A stretch of DNA of 64,000 nt from Pachysolen tannophilus NRRL Y-2460 (GCA_001661245.1 KV454014.1:636954-700953), one strand, 5' to 3'. Counted from the first letter of the stretch, positions 44,937-55,488 are shown. The notes: a model not told the origin generated them from the sequence alone. Made by a program: numbers and translations.

Positions 44937-44980
44937 AGTGTACATAGAGTGTACATTGAGTGTACATAGAGTGTACACTA
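44937..44980 (+). repeat. Four tandem 11-bp units AGTGTACA(TAG/TTG/TAG/CTA)
   Basis: Units start at 44937, 44948, 44959 and 44970. Confidence 0.95.
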
Positions 44981-45238
44981 TATATATATATATATATATT
45001 TAACAAACTTGTTTTTTTTTTCTTCCGGCTTTTATTTTTAAATCCTAATGATTCCGTATTTTTCTTATTTGTATTGTATTTTAATGTGGTGTTTGAGCCG
45101 AACTTCCCCTGTTCACCAGAATTTTTTTTTTAAAAAACTTGCGGATACTCCGCCCGTCTTGGCTCTTTCTCTTTTCAAAATATCGCTTAAGCGTGCAGCA
45201 GACAACACAGATTATTTAATTTAAACTGTAAGAGAACG

Positions 45239-45370
45239 CGGCCATTAAGGTTAAGAACCGCCTACGCGGTCAGTGCGGTCAATACGGTCAATGCGGCCAG
45301 TACGGTCGGTAAGGCCAACAAAAAATAAAACAAAATTAAACAAGGTCAGTACCGGTCATCACGGTCAGTC
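45239..45370. repeat. Degenerate 9-bp repeat array (C/A)GG(T/C)CANNN
   Basis: Tandem units at 45267, 45276, 45285, 45294, 45303, 45312, plus 45239, 45343, 45353, 45362. Confidence 0.85.
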
Positions 45371-46097
45371 TTTGGGCAGAGCTTTCCTTTCGCTGTCTAT
45401 TTTATTTTTTTTATTTTTTTATTTTTTATTTTTTCTTTATTTTTTTATTTTGTTGTTCTTTTTTCCATCGATTAATCGATTGATCGATCGTCGTTTATTT
45501 TTCTTAAAAGAAGAAGAACCGAACTCAATTTTTTTTTAAAAAAGAAATAGATAAAAACCAAAAAAAAAAAAAGAAGAAAAAAAATTGCAATGATAGTAAT
45601 AATATTATATTAATTTGATTAACAATGTATAACTACTGTTTGTTAAAAAAAATAGGTTGGGTTTTTTTTTGAATGAAATCGTCTTATCATTAATTAAGAA
45701 ATAGTTTGTTCCAAATTTTATTGTTACTGTTGGGTTTTTTTTCTCTTATTTTTATTTTTATTTTTATTTTTTATTTTATTTTATTTTTGCTACAGTTTAT
45801 TCTACTAATAATTAATAATCTATAATACGTATAATTTATACATAATTGTATATTATATTTGTTTCAAAGTACTTTATTTTATTCAACAAGAAACGAACGT
45901 TCGTTTAAATTGAAAAAGACAAGAGACAAAAAAAAAAAGTTAAAAAAATAAAATAGAATAAAAAGTTAATAAACTCATAAATATATATATATATATATAT
46001 TTATATATTGAATTTTGCAAAGAAGTGATAGAGAAAAAGAGAAAACTTGAAAAAATAGGTTATAGAATTTATCCAATCAATCATCATAATTTAATAA

Positions 46098-49000
46098 ATG
46101 AATCAACAAGTGTTCGGCGGTAATAACATTCCAGGTATAAATATAACTACCAGTAGCGGTAGTAATATAGATGATGCTAATAGTTTTGATCAATTGAATT
46201 TGAGCTCGACAACACCAGCGCCATTTAATACTTCGTCTGCATCAAAATCACCGCTCAGTATTAGTCCACAGTTGACTAATACATCTCCTTCTTCCTCGTT
46301 AAGTCTTGGAAGTGGGAATAATAGACCGCTGTCGTTGGATTTTAGCACTATGTTATTCAATGAATCTTTGCAAAACCATCAACTGCAGTTACAATCGTCC
46401 CGCCAACAACAACAGCAACAACAACAACAGTTACAGCTAAATAATTCAAATAACGGATTAGGATCGCGAACTAGAAATAGAGCCGGAACATTACCTTCAA
46501 GGTTTACCCCAAACTCAACTTCATCAGTTTTTAACTCTACGTTTATGCCAGGTGCCGCTGGAGGTGGTGTCAGCAGTGGTTCATCTAGTTTCAACAACAG
46601 TCTTAACTTGAGTCCTGGTTTACATGCTGTTAAAGAGTTAAACGACGAGTTGAATTTGCCAGCAAGAAATAGGATAAGATCAAGTTCTTTTCAAAACACT
46701 AATATTTGGTCCAATAACGAACAAGAAAAGTTTTTAATTTCCGGTGTTAATCATAGTAATAATAGTACTGGAAGTTTAACTGCAAGTTTTACTACACCTA
46801 CTCATAATAATATTGATTTATTATTACCAAATGATAATTTTTCTCATTATGCTTCTTCACATCAACATTTAGGTCCACAAAATAATTCTACAGCTGTTCC
46901 GCTTAATGGAAACAACAACAACAACAACAATAATAATAATAATAATAATACTAATATTAATAATAATAACAATATTGATACGAGCACTTCCACAACAACG
47001 TCAACCACTGCAAATAATGCAAACAATATTAATGGTAATTCGACGTTGAACAGAACAAGATCTTATTCAACAAATAACGTCTTGGTAGCGAATCCAAGTG
47101 ATCAAAATGTTTATTATTTACAACAATTTTCTAATAATCCTTCTAATATTATAGCTGAGGAGATTACACATGAAAACGGTACTACTGTTCATCATCCAAA
47201 TGATGTTTTTAATAGTATTAATAGTGAAAATGTTAACAACCATATTTCATTACAAAATCCTCAACAACAACAACAACAACAACAAATAAAATACTTGGAA
47301 AGACCAAGAGCACAGACCTACACCAATGGTGTTAATACTAATATCGTTCCATTATTAGAGCAATACCAGAATTTCAACATTGGTGATGGTAATGCTACAT
47401 TGCCATTATTACAAGATGATGTTCCGCTGCATACAATTAATTTTGTTTCCACTTTTCAAGATGCGACTTTAAATCCAAGTAATACTATTGTCTTGGTTAA
47501 TTTACCAAACAATGGGTTAGTTACGGCTTTGAATTTTTACAAGATTTTGTCGAAATTTGGTATTGTATTGAGCGTTAGAATTATCAATTGTTCAAATGGA
47601 GATGTAATTGTATTAGCAGAATTTAATAATATTGAAAGTGCTATGAATTCTAAAGCAAGTTTGAATCACCAAGAGTTAATCCCAGGTTTAAGTTGTATTG
47701 TAGCGTTTGCAAAAATTTTATCAATCAATAATGACACTACCATTGTAGAACAACAACAACAGCAAACTCAACAAATTCAGCAGGTCCAGCAAGTCCAACA
47801 GTCCCAACAGCAACAGGAGAAGCCTACTTCCGTATCACATCCACCACAACAGGGATCTCCTGTTAAAGATGCTTCAAACGAACAGTTCAACTTACAAAAT
47901 TCAAGCCCTCTATTCCCAGAACCTGCATTCAATGATAATCTAGATCAATTCAAAGAGATCATTAAACAATTTGAGGGAGATTTAACTGAAGAAGAATCGA
48001 GATACTTAAAACACATCATATATAATGCAAGTAAATATGATTCAGTCATGGAGAAAGGTTTTGGCCCATTACCAGAACCTTTAACTGCTAGAGAATTTGA
48101 TTCTCCAAAATTACGTGAAATCAGGAAAGACATTGAAGCAAATAAATTGTCACAGCAAGAAGTGGAAGAATTAGCTTTAGCTATGATTTCAGAGTTACCT
48201 GAGTTGGCAAGTGATTATTTGGGTAATACCATAGTGCAGAAACTATTTGAAATATGTTCAGCTCCTATAAGGGATATTCTCTTGATCAAGTTATCACCTT
48301 ACTTATCGCAAATGGGTATTCATAAAAATGGTACTTGGGCAGCTCAGAAATTAATATCGACAGCAACTACTCAGAGAGAAATGAAGATTATCAGTCATTC
48401 ATTGAAGCCATATTGTTGTAATTTATTCAATGATCAATTTGGTAATTATGTCTTACAGTGTGTTTTGAAATTTGGTAGTCCTTGGAATGACTTTATCACT
48501 GAAGCAATATTAGCTAAATTTATGGAAATTTCGAGAGGTAGATTTGGTGCTAGAGCTATTAGAGCATGTTTAGAATCAAACTTGATTACAAATGAGCAAA
48601 CTGCTGTTATTGCTGCAACTATTGTTACTCATGGTAATAATTTGGCTACGAATGCCAATGGTTCATTGCTTATTACTTGGTATTTCGATACTTATCAATT
48701 ACCAAATAGACATGCTATTTTTCTGCCATACTTAATTCCAAGCTTACTTCAGTTATGTACACATAAATTAGGATCTTTAACAATTTTGAAGATATTGAAC
48801 TATAGAAACGATTTGGGTCCTAGAAATTTAATCTTAAAGGAGATTTTTGGAGAATTACCTGAAGAATCAGATGCCGACCAACAGGAGCATCAAACTCCAT
48901 CGAAACCACCAAGTAAACTATTACGTGATATATTGTCGGACAACGTCAATGGTGTCTCATTTATTTACAAAATTATATCAATTCCATTGTTAGAAGCACA

Positions 49001-49631
49001 TTTAAAGCAACATATAATAACTCAGATAAGAATGGTTCTTTTGGATTTGAATATCACGAGCTATCAAGGCTATAAGAGGTTAATGGAGGAAGTTGGATTA
49101 AGAAATAGCGGTAGGGAAAACATGGACAATGGTAAAACTCATTCAAGATCACACCCTCAAGGTTTTAGGAGAAATTTTGGTACTATTGGAAATAATCCTA
49201 ACAATGGGAATTTAAGCGGTAACCGCATCCATATGAATGGACTTGGTTCTAATGGTGGATACTTCCAACCTTCTCTGGAACAAGGTGCTTACATGATGCA
49301 GCTGCCCCAACAAAATATAATGCATAGCAATAATAATATGATGATGGGATCTCTGATTCAAGGTGTGGCAGGTCAATTTTATTCACAATTCCCGCTGCCC
49401 CAACCGCAATTTCCATTCAACAATGGAAATTCTGATACCGGTAATAATCAGTATAACAATATGGTTTCAGGATCAGTATCTCCTCCATCTAGGCAATTGC
49501 AGAATCAGCCTGTCATGCAGAACGACGTTTTGCTGCAATTACAGCTGTTGTCACTTTCCTCTGCTGTTAAGGGATATCCAGATTCTCCAACTTTCTCACA
49601 ACAACAGCATAATCAACCAACATATTATTAG
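46098..49631 (+). CDS. JSN1: RRM plus Pumilio-repeat RNA-binding protein (Jsn1/Puf2 class)
   Basis: RNRAGTLPS, RRM, FDSPKLREIRK, ELASDYLGNTIVQKLFE, HKNGTWAAQK, DQFGNYV, LCTHKLGSLTILKILN. Confidence 0.92.
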   Translation: MNQQVFGGNNIPGINITTSSGSNIDDANSFDQLNLSSTTPAPFNTSSASKSPLSISPQLTNTSPSSSLSLGSGNNRPLSLDFSTMLFNESLQNHQLQLQSSRQQQQQQQQQLQLNNSNNGLGSRTRNRAGTLPSRFTPNSTSSVFNSTFMPGAAGGGVSSGSSSFNNSLNLSPGLHAVKELNDELNLPARNRIRSSSFQNTNIWSNNEQEKFLISGVNHSNNSTGSLTASFTTPTHNNIDLLLPNDNFSHYASSHQHLGPQNNSTAVPLNGNNNNNNNNNNNNNTNINNNNNIDTSTSTTTSTTANNANNINGNSTLNRTRSYSTNNVLVANPSDQNVYYLQQFSNNPSNIIAEEITHENGTTVHHPNDVFNSINSENVNNHISLQNPQQQQQQQQIKYLERPRAQTYTNGVNTNIVPLLEQYQNFNIGDGNATLPLLQDDVPLHTINFVSTFQDATLNPSNTIVLVNLPNNGLVTALNFYKILSKFGIVLSVRIINCSNGDVIVLAEFNNIESAMNSKASLNHQELIPGLSCIVAFAKILSINNDTTIVEQQQQQTQQIQQVQQVQQSQQQQEKPTSVSHPPQQGSPVKDASNEQFNLQNSSPLFPEPAFNDNLDQFKEIIKQFEGDLTEEESRYLKHIIYNASKYDSVMEKGFGPLPEPLTAREFDSPKLREIRKDIEANKLSQQEVEELALAMISELPELASDYLGNTIVQKLFEICSAPIRDILLIKLSPYLSQMGIHKNGTWAAQKLISTATTQREMKIISHSLKPYCCNLFNDQFGNYVLQCVLKFGSPWNDFITEAILAKFMEISRGRFGARAIRACLESNLITNEQTAVIAATIVTHGNNLATNANGSLLITWYFDTYQLPNRHAIFLPYLIPSLLQLCTHKLGSLTILKILNYRNDLGPRNLILKEIFGELPEESDADQQEHQTPSKPPSKLLRDILSDNVNGVSFIYKIISIPLLEAHLKQHIITQIRMVLLDLNITSYQGYKRLMEEVGLRNSGRENMDNGKTHSRSHPQGFRRNFGTIGNNPNNGNLSGNRIHMNGLGSNGGYFQPSLEQGAYMMQLPQQNIMHSNNNMMMGSLIQGVAGQFYSQFPLPQPQFPFNNGNSDTGNNQYNNMVSGSVSPPSRQLQNQPVMQNDVLLQLQLLSLSSAVKGYPDSPTFSQQQHNQPTYY

Positions 49632-50325
49632 ATTCTATAAATTTCTTTTTGCATAGGGATTATACAAGGGTTCATTTTATTTTATTATTTATCTTTTTTT
49701 TATTTCTATACTTTATCTGGTTATAAAGAGAAATTTTAATGGTTTATGAAAAAATTATCACTTTCTTGTCTTAATGATTAAGGATATATTGACTTAGTTG
49801 AAGCTTTTCATCTCATCAATGTCTAATGATACATAAAAAAAATGGTTTAGTTATATTTTTAGTTGCTTTATATAACATGAAAATAAAAAAATAGATGCTC
49901 TAAAAACAATTTTAAAAAAAGACATAAAACAGGAAGATTTTATACAGATATTTTTTTTATTTTTTATAATTACGTGTTTTTTATTTACAAATGTTCTTCG
50001 TGAAATTTCTTAATCATTAATTACTATTACTATTACTATTACTATTACTATTATTATTATTATCTGTATTTGTATTGAGTGGAAGTTCTATTTTATTATT
50101 GTCTACATCTAATTCTAAATCTTAAGATGATAATTCCATTTATGTCCAAAAGCGGTAATTACTGAAAAGGGTTGTTTTTGGGGAAGTTTTTTTTTCCAGC
50201 TTTTGATTTTTAAATATCTTTTTTTTTCCAGAGAAAACCGCTGAAGACATTTCATCTAATTATATATAATTTATACCGTTAACCAGTTCTATATACATTT
50301 GATTTATCTTGTTAAGTTTGGAAAA

Positions 50326-51153
50326 ATGTCTTACCGTTTAGCTTCTCGTTCTTTAAGAACATCAGTTCTTAACTTGAAAACTGTTTCACTTAAACAACAA
50401 AAACCATTACAAAGGGTAATTTCAAAATCGGGTTTTCCGCTATCATCATACTTTGAACAACAAAGAACTTTTTCTTCTTCAATTAAATATTTTAATAGTG
50501 CAAAGAAAGATTTGGAAACTATATTAAAATCTGAATTAGAATTTGAAAAAAATGATGCATTTTCCTTAGAAAAATATCACCAAGATTGGTTAGCTTCCTC
50601 AGGTTTCCAAATTATTAACGTTGAAGATAAAGTTTTAGCTGAATTGGTCAAGAAAAATGGTAATGAAATAATTCACGTTTACTTTGATGTTGTTCAAATC
50701 ACAAACTCTCCATTTGAAAATGAAATGGATGAACAAGATGATGAACAGTTAATCGACGAAAATAATGAAGATGGTGAATTAAGAAATTTGGTCAATGATA
50801 CTATTGCCAATGTCAATGTTGTCATTGAAAACACTACAGATAACTCGGCCATTGGTATCGATTTACTCTTGTCAGTTTCTAATAACAAGTTTGCAATCAA
50901 TGGTTTATCTCATTTTGAAGATGCAACATTGGCATTATCAGAAACTGCAGAAGCTGATTCTAAGAGACAATTGAAATACAACGGTCCACCATTCAGCAAT
51001 TTAGCTGAAGAATTACAAGATTCCTTAACTGGTTACTTGACATCAAGAGGAATCGATGAACAATTGGGTGATTTCATTGTTGCTTATTCAACAGTTAAAG
51101 AAAATAATGAATACATTTCCTGGTTGACTAATTTGAAAAAATTTTTCAGCTGA
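50326..51153 (+). CDS. MAM33: Mitochondrial acidic matrix protein Mam33 (C1QBP family)
   Basis: Arg/Ser-rich presequence from ATG 50326; YNGPPFSNLAEELQ...YLTSRGID...KENNEYISWL. Confidence 0.93.
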   Translation: MSYRLASRSLRTSVLNLKTVSLKQQKPLQRVISKSGFPLSSYFEQQRTFSSSIKYFNSAKKDLETILKSELEFEKNDAFSLEKYHQDWLASSGFQIINVEDKVLAELVKKNGNEIIHVYFDVVQITNSPFENEMDEQDDEQLIDENNEDGELRNLVNDTIANVNVVIENTTDNSAIGIDLLLSVSNNKFAINGLSHFEDATLALSETAEADSKRQLKYNGPPFSNLAEELQDSLTGYLTSRGIDEQLGDFIVAYSTVKENNEYISWLTNLKKFFS

Positions 51154-51789
51154 AAAAAGGTGATTTACACGTAGAATGAAACCACATCTTTTTCATTTTC
51201 ATTTTCATTTTCATTTTATTTTTACTTTCAAAATTTTTTTAATTTAACCTTCTTTCACAATATTTTGGTTTTTTGTTGAATTTTATAGCAGAATTTTCTG
51301 GTACGTGTATATAGATAGATATTTGAATCGGTTTCATTTAGCAACTGCAGCAGCAGGTTAAAAAGAGTAGATGACAGAAAGTACGCATCTGTAGCTGCAA
51401 TTAGAAAACGGGATAGACGTACAAAAAAAGCAAAAAGTAACGTGGTAGTGTGCATACTATATAAAAAGTCCTTTTCGGTTTCTTCAGGGGCTGCCTCAAA
51501 AAAATTATTTTTTGAACTTTTTTTTTACTTTCAATTCCGCCCCTCTTACTTTTTTCGGATGTGACTGTTGTTTTTTTTTCTCAATTTTTTAATTTTTTTT
51601 CACTAATATTATTTTCAGGGTAAAGAAACCTCTTTTTAACCTTGGTTGTGAAAATTTTCCAAGTATCCAAAACGCAGTAGTGAGGTTCGAAGAGCTGGAC
51701 TATACAAAACTTGATTATTTCTATAATTTGAATTTTATTATTAAAATTTGATATTTAATAATAACTTATATTAATCAAAATAAGAAAAA

Positions 51790-52448
51790 ATGTCAGACGC
51801 TGCTGTTTCATACGCTGCCTTAATTTTGGCCGATTCAGAAATTGAAATTACATCAGACAAATTGTTAACTTTAACAAAAGCTGCTGGTGCCTCAGTTGAA
51901 CAAATCTGGGCAGATGTTTTTGCTAAAGCTTTAGAAGGTAAAGACTTAAAAGAATTGTAAGTATTAGATCGTTATATCACAGCATATTGGTGTTTTTATT
52001 TTATTTTTTGGTTTTTTTTTTTGTTCAGAGTTGAGTGTATTGTATGTTTTGTCTTGGAAGTTAAACTTGAAAGATTTGATTATTAAAAATAATTATGATT
52101 GATTATTCACTGCTATTTGCAATTTTCAGAATTTTCATTATTTTGAAATAATCTTTTTCTAATAAGAGAGACATACATATTCATCAGAAGAAGAATAGCA
52201 ACGCAAGACAAAAAAGTTTATTTGGTTTTACAAATATAGAGATGTACAAAAGTTACTAACTTCAAATTTTTTTTTTTCTTTTTTAACATAGATTATTCTC
52301 ATTTGCTGCTTCTGCTCCAACTGCTGGTGCTGCTACCGGTGCTGCTGCTGCTTCAGGTGCCTCTGAAGCTGCTGCTGCTGAAGAAGAAAAAGCTGAAGAA
52401 GCTAAGGAAGAATCAGATGATGATATGGGATTTGGTTTATTCGATTAA
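51790..52448 (+). CDS. RPP1: 60S acidic ribosomal protein P1, 107 aa; exon 1 51790-51956, intron 51957-52291, exon 2 52292-52448 (absent from the ORF track)
   Basis: [25 protein letters not shown]...[22 protein letters not shown]...[19 protein letters not shown] donor, TACTAAC at 52254-52260, TAG acceptor. Confidence 0.97.
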
Positions 52449-52806
52449 ACAAAAAATTCGATATTAGGGGGAATAAGAAATTCATAGAATTAATCAATAT
52501 CAATAAAGAGAAGTGTTTCTTTAAAGCTATTTAAAAAATTTTATGGAGCTGAAGGATTATTTTTTTCCCATTTTCGCTCTTTTAATGTAGTTTATTGTAA
52601 TGTAATGTAAATTTCCACTTCAACTAAATTGTCTAATTATTTTATTATACTATAATACAACCTAACCTCCAACATTATCAATCAAATTAGCTCTTTAACC
52701 TTTATTTCCTGACCCGACCCGATGTTCATATATTTCTATATGAAACTAATAATACATCTGTGATGAGATAAAAAAAAATACAACACTTGAAAATAGTAAC
52801 ACAAAT

Positions 52807-53934
52807 TCATTCCATTCTCTTTTTACCAGCAATTTTATCAAGATTTGTATCCCTAAAATTAGTATTCATGCCCAGTTTCTCGTTTAAAGTATTATAATAG
52901 AATCCAAACTTGTTATGCAAAAAAAGTTTTTGATTTTCACTGATCTCATTAACTAGTGCGTCGTAATCTAAATTATTACTATGAATTGTATTAGCATTAT
53001 TGTTGCTTTTTTTATTCTTTTTTAAACTTTTTGTCTTTTGCAGATTCCTTTTATTTCTTGAAGCCAATGCAGTTGTAGAAGGTGACAACAATAATTCATC
53101 ATCAGGAATTTGCATACGAGCAACTGAAGAATAATTATAATTGTTAGTACGGCCGAATGTATCTAATTCAGTCTCAGAAATTGTCCTATCTGATTCCAGT
53201 TCTTCTGATTTCCTAATTTCCTTGGAAGAATCTAATCTACTTATTTTTTTATTCCCAACACCCAACTTTCTCTTTTTTCTATTTTTGCCATTCCCAGTGA
53301 CCTTTAAATTATCTCCTTGTTCCTGTTCCTGTTTATGTTCATGTCCATGTTCTTGTTTCTTTACTCTTATTAAATTAATCATTTCCAATTCTTTCCCCAT
53401 TAATTTCTTTTCAATATCAAATTGTTCCCTTAATATAGTATTGTTTAAATTTAAAATTTCTAAAGTTTTTGAATCTTTAGCAATTTTCCTTAAAAGTTGA
53501 AATAAAATCTTATTTATTAATATATCAAGCGATTTCAGATCCATCTTATAAACCATGTTTTCATCTCCATCAAATGATTCCAGAATTTCATGAGCTAAAA
53601 CTCCCACTATGTTCACATAGTTATCATCCTTGGATAACTCATTTTCATACTGACTAAAAATTGAAGAAAGATCTTTTATCCTATCAATATGTTGCTCAGT
53701 ATCATCTTTACCAACCTTTGACAAATCACTATCGCTTAATGATGTGTTACCTTCTTTTTCATTTTCATCTTTTATTCCACTTGTTTCATGATTGGTTCCC
53801 AAAATCAGTTGTAGCCTAGAAGATAAACTTGATTCATTTTTCTTCAAAGATAAGGCAGGTGATAATCCTGATTTTGGCTTTTGTTTCTTATTATTTAAAT
53901 TTACCACCGGTGAAATAGGAGGTGTCTGATTCAT
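52807..53934 (-). CDS. Uncharacterised 375-aa coiled-coil protein with basic NLS-like stretch
   Basis: Long ATG ORF with TPPISP start, central heptad region and KNRKKRKL; weak recalled resemblance to Fdo1-type proteins, unverified. Confidence 0.75.
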   Translation of the reverse strand: MNQTPPISPVVNLNNKKQKPKSGLSPALSLKKNESSLSSRLQLILGTNHETSGIKDENEKEGNTSLSDSDLSKVGKDDTEQHIDRIKDLSSIFSQYENELSKDDNYVNIVGVLAHEILESFDGDENMVYKMDLKSLDILINKILFQLLRKIAKDSKTLEILNLNNTILREQFDIEKKLMGKELEMINLIRVKKQEHGHEHKQEQEQGDNLKVTGNGKNRKKRKLGVGNKKISRLDSSKEIRKSEELESDRTISETELDTFGRTNNYNYSSVARMQIPDDELLLSPSTTALASRNKRNLQKTKSLKKNKKSNNNANTIHSNNLDYDALVNEISENQKLFLHNKFGFYYNTLNEKLGMNTNFRDTNLDKIAGKKRME

Positions 53935-54534
53935 TTCTCAATCAATATACTACTGCTATAACTTCCAAACCGCCAAAGAATAGCTTATACCAATATAATC
54001 ATATGATGATGATATTATCATCTAAAATGCAACTACTGTTAAAAGTAATGTATACCTGAAATACTCCGGCCTCAAAACTCACTTCATTTCCATAGCTACC
54101 TTTTTTTGTGGTATTGATGTCCGTAAAACATACACGACCAAAAATTGTATAGAAATAAAGATAAGGTGGATGGATACGATGAATAGAGAAATAAAAACAG
54201 TTTTATTTTTGAATTGGATTCTCTTATATTTATGAATCTTTAGGTGTAATGTAATGCACAGAGTGGAAAGAGCAAAACTTGTATTTATATATATATACTT
54301 GGAAACAAATGAAAAAAAAGTAAAAAAATAAAAAAAAATATAGTAATAATCAAAAAAAAAAAAAAAAGGCAAAAAAAATCAGTGAATATGATGAATAAAG
54401 TAAAGAAATATATTTATATATACTTTTCTGATAAAATAAAAACAGAGTAGCGGATTGATTGATTAAACTTGAGCTGTGTATAAAATTTTTTAAGAAATGT
54501 TAAAATATTTTGATTTTTTTTTATGAAAAAATGA

Positions 54535-55488
54535 TTATTCTTCAAAAGTAGCAGCATTGCTTCCTAAAGCAGGTAATTTTTCCAATACACCTTTCATATA
54601 TTCATAAACGGTAAATGTGACTGCTTGTCCAGGAGCAACTCTCATAATTCTTGGGGTGATACCTTTATATAATGCTCTTGCACCTTCTTCTTGAATCAAT
54701 TTTTTAGAAATTCTTGTGAATCTCAGTAAACCATTTTCATTTTGTATTCCTCTTTCTCTTTGCATTCTTGTTTTAATTGTATCTAATGGAGCATTTGATA
54801 ATGGACCCAATGCACCACTAATTAAACCAATACATGAGGTTTCCCAACTTGGTAAAACTTCCTTATCATGATATTTTTGTAAAAATTCTCTTAATTTTGA
54901 ATATACTGTGAAATTAACACCTTGATTTGTTGCTTGTCTTGCAGCAGTTAAAGTGACACCTCTATATAAAGTACGTAAACCTTCTTCTTTAACAACAACA
55001 TATGCACAATGTGGAGCATTTCTATATTTTGGAGCACCTGTTGGATCAGACATTGAATGATGTTGAGCTTGTAATCTAATTTTAACAACTTCCATTGGAT
55101 TAACAACCAATACAGCCTCGGTAATACCTGCACCAACACCTGCAATAAACGTGCCCCCAGTGGAAATATTACCAGTTTGTTTATCTCTTAATAAGGATCT
55201 ATAAAATTCATAAGTTGAAAATCTAATACCCATTTTTGGAACAATACCTATAACCACAGCACCTAGCCCTTTATACAAAGATGAAAACCCTTCTTTTGAA
55301 GCAATTGTAACACCAGTCTTTATAAAACCCGGAGGTTTTGTTCCTTGTATACCTGAAACCCTCCGATATAATTGCATTCGAACCTTAATAGTATCCAAAG
55401 GATGGCAACATAATGCTTCAAATAAACCAGCAGTTCCACCAGCTAGTAAATCAACAGCTGGATTTTTTTTCTGTTTATTAGTAGACAT
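54535..55488 (-). CDS. SFC1: Mitochondrial succinate-fumarate carrier
   Basis: AGGTAGLFEALCCHPLDTIKVRMQ, GIVPKMGIRF, PMEVVKIRLQAQH, AARQATNQ, NAPLDTIKTR, RVAPGQAVTF. Confidence 0.95.
   Translation of the reverse strand: MSTNKQKKNPAVDLLAGGTAGLFEALCCHPLDTIKVRMQLYRRVSGIQGTKPPGFIKTGVTIASKEGFSSLYKGLGAVVIGIVPKMGIRFSTYEFYRSLLRDKQTGNISTGGTFIAGVGAGITEAVLVVNPMEVVKIRLQAQHHSMSDPTGAPKYRNAPHCAYVVVKEEGLRTLYRGVTLTAARQATNQGVNFTVYSKLREFLQKYHDKEVLPSWETSCIGLISGALGPLSNAPLDTIKTRMQRERGIQNENGLLRFTRISKKLIQEEGARALYKGITPRIMRVAPGQAVTFTVYEYMKGVLEKLPALGSNAATFEE

Noticed and set aside
44937..44980. Interstitial telomeric repeat or CRISPR-like array
   Set aside because: Shares only GTGTAC with yeast telomere cores and lacks G-runs; no spacers; eukaryotic host
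45273..45539. 88-aa ORF MRSIRSMRPV...
   Set aside because: GTG start; by-product of the 9-bp array and T-rich tracts
51684..51697. tRNA B-box-like GGTTCGAA
   Set aside because: No cloverleaf or A-box; no tRNA gene was found in the window
54003..54059. ATGATGA...CTGA possible C/D snoRNA (similarly 54388-54431)
   Set aside because: Too short, and no recognisable rRNA-complementary guide
54079..54372. 97-aa hydrophobic ORF and similar short F/L/I-rich ORFs (7700, 8515, 22310, 43118, 60915)
   Set aside because: Non-ATG starts or poly(T)-derived composition; no family motif
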